Positions 59,474 to 64,000 of a DNA stretch of 64,000 bases are shown here, in pieces. This DNA comes from Sulfurimonas sp. GTDB taxonomy: Bacteria > Campylobacterota > Campylobacteria > Campylobacterales > Sulfurimonadaceae. The position numbers were made by a program, and so were the translations under genes. The notes beneath the pieces are model-generated. The model made no database searches. It had not been told where the DNA came from and saw only the letters and a program-made list of their open reading frames with translations. The stretch covers positions 40,019 to 104,018 of the forward strand of contig NZ_JBNKRX010000036.1 in the NCBI RefSeq assembly GCF_050296975.1. The letters run 5' to 3'. Position 1 is the stretch's first letter, and every line of letters begins with the position of its first letter.

Positions 59474-60688
59474 CTAGTCAAAATGTAATATATCTTTTGC
59501 TTGTATCATATCTTTATCGCCACGTCCTGAGAGGTTCACGATAATGATTTTATCTTTAATATCTGGCAGTTTTTTTAGATATGCTACAGCGTGTGAAGAT
59601 TCAAATGCAGGAATTATTCCCTCTTTACGACTTAACCATACAAATGCATCTAACGCCTCTTGATCTGTAATATAGTCATATTTTACACTTGCGTTATCGT
59701 TATGAAAAGCATGTTCAGGTCCAATTCCAGGATAATCAAGTCCAGCAGAGATAGAGTGAGCTTCAAGTATTTGTCCATCTTCATCTTGTAAAAGATATGA
59801 CATTTGACCATGAAGGACTCCAGGGCGACCTTTTTTTAGTGAACATCCATTTTTATCTTCAATCCCAAGTCCACCAGCTTCGATCCCTATACACTCAACA
59901 CCTTCATCTTCTAAAAAGTGTTGGAACATCCCAATAGCATTACTCCCACCACCGATACATGCGATTACATGATCTGGAAGACGATTCTCTTTTTCAAGTA
60001 TTTGTGCACGAGCTTCCCAGCCAATAATAGCTTGAAAATCACGAACCATCAATGGATATGGATGTGGACCCGCAACAGTACCTATGATGTAAAAAGTATC
60101 TCTAGCATTTGTAACCCAGTGGCGAATGGCATCATTCATAGCATCTTTCAGTGTGCGGCTTCCACTCTCAACAGCATTTACTTTGGCCCCTAAAAGTTTC
60201 ATACGAAAAACATTAAGCTCTTGACGTGCAACATCTTTTGCACCCATAAATATCTCACACTCTAAACCAAGTAGGGCAGCGATAGTTGCTGTTGCTACAC
60301 CGTGTTGCCCAGCACCAGTTTCTGCAATAACTTTTTTGTATCCTAAACGTTTTGCCATAAGTCCTTGAGCGATCACATTGTTGACTTTATGTGCACCTGT
60401 ATGGTTAAGGTCTTCACGTTTAAAGTAGACTTTTGCACCAAGCTCATTTGAGATATTATCAGCATAGTACAGTGGGCTAGGGCGACCAACATAATCTTTT
60501 AAATAGTAATCAACTTCAGCCCAAAAATCTTTATCAAAACGGATAGCATCGTACTCCTCTCGCAATTTGAGGAGTGCTGGCATCAATGTTTCAGGGACAT
60601 AACGTCCTCCAAAAATACCAAAATGTCCATTATCGTCTGGATCAAACTTTGAAGCAGTTGGGATATACATAAAATTTTCTTCTTTCAT
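59474..60688 (-). CDS. trpB: Tryptophan synthase beta chain
   Basis: '[11 protein letters not shown]', 'AETGAGQHG', 'GGGSNA', 'NLSGRGDKD'. Confidence 0.97.
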   Translation of the reverse strand: MKEENFMYIPTASKFDPDDNGHFGIFGGRYVPETLMPALLKLREEYDAIRFDKDFWAEVDYYLKDYVGRPSPLYYADNISNELGAKVYFKREDLNHTGAHKVNNVIAQGLMAKRLGYKKVIAETGAGQHGVATATIAALLGLECEIFMGAKDVARQELNVFRMKLLGAKVNAVESGSRTLKDAMNDAIRHWVTNARDTFYIIGTVAGPHPYPLMVRDFQAIIGWEARAQILEKENRLPDHVIACIGGGSNAIGMFQHFLEDEGVECIGIEAGGLGIEDKNGCSLKKGRPGVLHGQMSYLLQDEDGQILEAHSISAGLDYPGIGPEHAFHNDNASVKYDYITDQEALDAFVWLSRKEGIIPAFESSHAVAYLKKLPDIKDKIIIVNLSGRGDKDMIQAKDILHFD

Positions 60689-60692
60689 TAAA

Positions 60693-61241
60693 TTAAACTT
60701 CTATAACACTATAAACTTGGGTTTTTTGTTCTAGATTTTTTATACCATCTAAAAATGTAAGTCCTATAACAAAACAACACTCTACACAATTTGCACCTGT
60801 TTGGTTTACCAACGTTGCTGCTGCACCTGCTGTTCCACCAGTAGCTATAAGATCATCTATAACAAGTACTCTAGCACCTTTATCTTTGCCAAATGCATCT
60901 ATATGTACTTCAATCTCATCTACACCATATTCAAGTGAGTATTTTTCAGAGATAGTTGTATATGGAAGTTTTCCTTTTTTTCTAATTGGAACAAAACCAA
61001 CGCCTAACATTTGTGCAAGTGCTGCACCAAAAATAAAACCACGTGCATCAATACCTGCAACATAATCAAGCCCATACTCTTTGTAGCGTTGATATAAATG
61101 GTTCATTAAAACACCATATGCTTCTTTATCATTGAGTAAAGTTGTTATATCTTTAAAGATAATCCCAGGTTTTGGGAAATCTTTAATATCTCTAATCGAA
61201 TTTTCTATTATATGTTTTTCTGTTTGACTAAGTTTTAACAT
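60693..61241 (-). CDS. apt: Adenine phosphoribosyltransferase
   Basis: '[13 protein letters not shown]', 'RKKGKLP', '[10 protein letters not shown]'. Confidence 0.96.
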   Translation of the reverse strand: MLKLSQTEKHIIENSIRDIKDFPKPGIIFKDITTLLNDKEAYGVLMNHLYQRYKEYGLDYVAGIDARGFIFGAALAQMLGVGFVPIRKKGKLPYTTISEKYSLEYGVDEIEVHIDAFGKDKGARVLVIDDLIATGGTAGAAATLVNQTGANCVECCFVIGLTFLDGIKNLEQKTQVYSVIEV

Positions 61242-61250
61242 TGTAAATCC

Positions 61251-61583
61251 TTACAGTAATGCGTCTATACGACCCTCTAGGGCTTTAATTTTTGAATTAA
61301 GGCGATCCACCTCTTGTCTATGTTTTGAGTTTCTTGATTTTAATACTTTTAGCTCATTTCTGAGTTTTGATAACTCTTCTGTTAAGATGTCTACATTCCC
61401 AAGTGCACGTTGTAGCTGAATTTGATACTTTCTAATGAGTATCTCTGCTTCTTGCAAAGTAAGTTTCATCAAATCATTACTACGTTGCTCTTTATTTGTG
61501 ATGCTTTTAAAGTAAAACATTTTGACAAAAAGCCAAATTGAAACAATTGAAAGTATAGTTAAAAGTGACCATTCCCAAAACAT
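61251..61583 (-). CDS. Membrane-anchored coiled-coil hypothetical protein
   Basis: N-terminal TM and heptad-rich C-terminus; lies in the housekeeping operon. Confidence 0.8.
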   Translation of the reverse strand: MFWEWSLLTILSIVSIWLFVKMFYFKSITNKEQRSNDLMKLTLQEAEILIRKYQIQLQRALGNVDILTEELSKLRNELKVLKSRNSKHRQEVDRLNSKIKALEGRIDALL

Positions 61584-61596
61584 AGCGGTGTCTTCC

Positions 61597-62025
61597 TTAT
61601 AATTCTATTTTTTCTACACGTTGGCAGTGTCTGCCACCATCAAAACCACTTTCCAGCCATGAATTAATGATAGACTCTGCAACTCCTAGACCTACAATAC
61701 GTTCCCCAAAACAAAGAATGTTCGCATCATTGTGTCCACGTGCAACCATTGCAGTATATGCATCGTGGCACAGTGCCGCACGGATTCCTTCATGGCGATT
61801 TGCAGCCATACTCATACCAATCCCACTACCGCAGATAAGAATCCCTTGGCTTCCAGTATCTTCTAAAACACTTGAAGCAACTTTGTGTGCATAATCAGGG
61901 TAGTCAACTCTATCTTTTGAAAAAGGTCCAATATCAATCACTTCATGACCTTTTTCTTTTAAAAATTCAACAGTCCAGTTTTTTAGGTCTAATCCTGCAT
62001 GATCTGTTGCAATATAAAACTTCAT
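61597..62025 (-). CDS. rpiB: Ribose-5-phosphate isomerase B
   Basis: 'DHAG', 'DYPD', 'CGSGIGMSMAAN', 'HNDAN', 'GGRH'. Confidence 0.95.
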   Translation of the reverse strand: MKFYIATDHAGLDLKNWTVEFLKEKGHEVIDIGPFSKDRVDYPDYAHKVASSVLEDTGSQGILICGSGIGMSMAANRHEGIRAALCHDAYTAMVARGHNDANILCFGERIVGLGVAESIINSWLESGFDGGRHCQRVEKIEL

Positions 62026-62036
62026 ATATTCTCCCT

Positions 62037-62714
62037 TTAAGATAATAATAAACCAATGATAGTTTGCACTGGCAAAAATATAAGATATTTACTCAATGGT
62101 GTCATTAAAATAATAAGTACTATAATTATGCCATATCTCTCATATTTATAGAAAAACTCAGCAATTTCCACTTTTCTAAATTTTAATGCCAAGTGTGCAA
62201 TAAAATGTGCCCCATCAAATTGTGGAATAGGAAGCAGATTAAATACTCCTAAAACTACATTAATGATAAGTAGTTGTGTAGCCAAAAGATACACAAAGAT
62301 GTAAACCATGCTATCATCTGTTGTTGGGGCGGCCATTGCACTAATCGCTACTGCTGCAAAAGCTGCGAGTGTAAAGTTATAGACTATTCCAGCTAAATCA
62401 ACTTGCATAGCTGCATTGTAACCACCACGGTTTATCACTTTTAACATATTGACTGGTACTGGTTTCGCCCAGCCAAATAAAAACCCACTATCAGCACCCA
62501 TAAGCATAGGTAAAAAGTACATCATTAGTGGTACTAAAATAGTCCCTACTAAATCTACATGAGAGATTGGATTGATTGTAAGTCGTCCAGCATTTTTTGC
62601 AGTTGAATCTCCATATATATTTGCAACCCAACCATGCATGATCTCATGCCCAATGATTGCAATAGCAAGTGCTATAACAGCTGTAGTTATTTTTAAAATA
62701 TCAAGTAAGTCCAT
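62037..62714 (-). CDS. Site-2 protease (M50) family protein
   Basis: HEIMH zinc motif and 'FNLLPIPQFDG'. Start moved to MDLL at 62714. Confidence 0.9.
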   Translation of the reverse strand: MDLLDILKITTAVIALAIAIIGHEIMHGWVANIYGDSTAKNAGRLTINPISHVDLVGTILVPLMMYFLPMLMGADSGFLFGWAKPVPVNMLKVINRGGYNAAMQVDLAGIVYNFTLAAFAAVAISAMAAPTTDDSMVYIFVYLLATQLLIINVVLGVFNLLPIPQFDGAHFIAHLALKFRKVEIAEFFYKYERYGIIIVLIILMTPLSKYLIFLPVQTIIGLLLS

Positions 62715-63612
62715 AATACTCTTTGTCTTGTTCTTCCCGCTCTTTGATTGCTCGATCAATATATGGAGATTGTTCTAAATCTTCAGGTGTTTTTCCCATT
62801 CTATCCCATCTGATTCGCCAGTTTTTGTCGATAGAGAAGTAGATAAACCAAGGAGTCCCTTCTAAATTTTCATACGGAACACTTCCCCAAAAACGGCTAT
62901 CATTTGAATGATCGCGGTTATCACCCATCATAAAGTAATGATCTTCTTCTACTTGAATCACATCAGTGTTAAACACTGGTGGGATAAGTAAACGTGTTGG
63001 TGCCATTCTCTCATCGCTTTTGAGTTGGATTTTTTTTGCTTCTTCCAAAGAGATAGATTTTTTAATCTGCCCATTATTATCAACGATTGTGTATGAGTCA
63101 ATTGCCATCTTATTGTCATGGTGTACACCCTTGTGATCGTGTAAATAAGGGTTTACAACCCATGTTTTTCCATATGCTTGAGCTAAAGTATACCCTTTAT
63201 AATGCTCTTTAGTCCACTCATCACCCTCTTTAGGATGGATATACAAGTCTTTGTTTCTTACAAAAAGTTCATCACCTGGTAATGCTACACAACGTTTTAC
63301 AAAGTGTGTTTTTATATTGTGTGGTGGACGAAAGATTACGATATCTCCACGTTTTGGTGTACTTCCATCCATAAGTTTAAGGCTATCGCTCCATGGCATT
63401 AAAGAGATTTCCAAAAATGGAATATGTGGCATTGGGATACCATATGAAAATTTTTTTCCAAAAAGATGATCCCCAATTAAAAGAGAGTCTTTCATACTTC
63501 CAGTTGGAATTCTAAATGCCTGTGCAACAAAAAAGATAACAAAAAGAACAATTACAAGTGTTCCAGTCCATGAATTAGAAAATTTATATGCTTTAAAAAG
63601 AAAGTGTTTCAT
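62701..63612 (-). CDS. lepB: Signal peptidase I
   Basis: 'IPTGSMKDSL', 'FVKRCVALPGD', 'GDNRDHSNDSRFWG'. Confidence 0.96.
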   Translation of the reverse strand: MKHFLFKAYKFSNSWTGTLVIVLFVIFFVAQAFRIPTGSMKDSLLIGDHLFGKKFSYGIPMPHIPFLEISLMPWSDSLKLMDGSTPKRGDIVIFRPPHNIKTHFVKRCVALPGDELFVRNKDLYIHPKEGDEWTKEHYKGYTLAQAYGKTWVVNPYLHDHKGVHHDNKMAIDSYTIVDNNGQIKKSISLEEAKKIQLKSDERMAPTRLLIPPVFNTDVIQVEEDHYFMMGDNRDHSNDSRFWGSVPYENLEGTPWFIYFSIDKNWRIRWDRMGKTPEDLEQSPYIDRAIKEREEQDKEYYGLT

Positions 63613-64000
63613 CTATTTTACTTCTTGTGCGTTAAGTTTTGCAGCTTTAAGAGTATTACTCAGTAGCATTGCAATTGTCATAGGTCCAACTCCACCTGGA
63701 ACTGGTGTGATGTATGAGCATTTTTTGCTTACATTTTCATAATCAACATCACCAACAAGTTTTCCATTTTCAGCACGGTTAATCCCAATATCTATGATGA
63801 TAGCACCATCTTTAATCATATCTTCTTTGATAAGGTTAATTACACCAACACCCACTAAGATGATATCTGCTGCAAGTGTATGTTTTTTTAAGTCATCTGT
63901 AAAGATATGAGTGATCTCAACTGTAGCATCAGCATTTAAAAGTAGTGACGCCATAGGTTTACCAACAATATTTGAAGCACCTACAACACAACAATTCTTT
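63613..64000 (-). CDS. folD: Methylenetetrahydrofolate dehydrogenase/cyclohydrolase, C-terminal part (the start lies beyond the window)
   Basis: 'IIIDIGIN', 'GDVD', '[16 protein letters not shown]'. Confidence 0.95.
   Translation of the reverse strand, partial: KNCCVVGASNIVGKPMASLLLNADATVEITHIFTDDLKKHTLAADIILVGVGVINLIKEDMIKDGAIIIDIGINRAENGKLVGDVDYENVSKKCSYITPVPGGVGPMTIAMLLSNTLKAAKLNAQEVK

Noticed and set aside
29162-63469. Many short overlapping or antisense ORFs in the track (e.g. 31557, 33099, 36090, 39613, 53727, 59918, 61667)
   Set aside because: They lie within well-supported genes on another frame or strand and have no motifs of their own.

Overview
The window looks like a Campylobacterota (Sulfurimonas-like) chromosome segment. 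The taxon is inferred from gene order and protein style, not from a search. 29.6-64 kb is mostly ordinary backbone: xth, type-E sdhAB plus a CCG subunit, thiL, truD, psd, ychF, gph, cytochrome c peroxidase with GGDEF/EAL sensors, SulP, metE, pepA, trpB, apt, rpiB, a site-2 protease, lepB and folD, plus a small islet of beta-helix lipoproteins. 1-29.6 kb is a very AT-rich mobile region: a truncated prophage repressor switch, then a putative integrative mobilizable element (IME; tyrosine integrase, MobC, relaxase, VirD4-like coupling protein) with defence-like cargo. The main observation is invisible in the supplied standard-code ORF track. The apparent 'ORF deserts' of this island (3676-4678, 13100-16549, 24873-26549, 27818-28273) contain eight reading frames (47-558 aa) with no internal TAA/TAG. 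Their in-frame TGA codons fall at conserved glycine positions in the families I recognise (large serine recombinase, DUF805, bPH_2). This is UGA=Gly, genetic code 25, known from Ca. Gracilibacteria and Absconditabacteria. These genes are interleaved with code-11 genes inside one element and lie next to two tRNA-Pro 3'-half att-like repeats. Either this is recent DNA transfer from a recoded CPR lineage or its phage into a code-11 host's mobile element, or it is an assembly chimera. Read-level data would decide.
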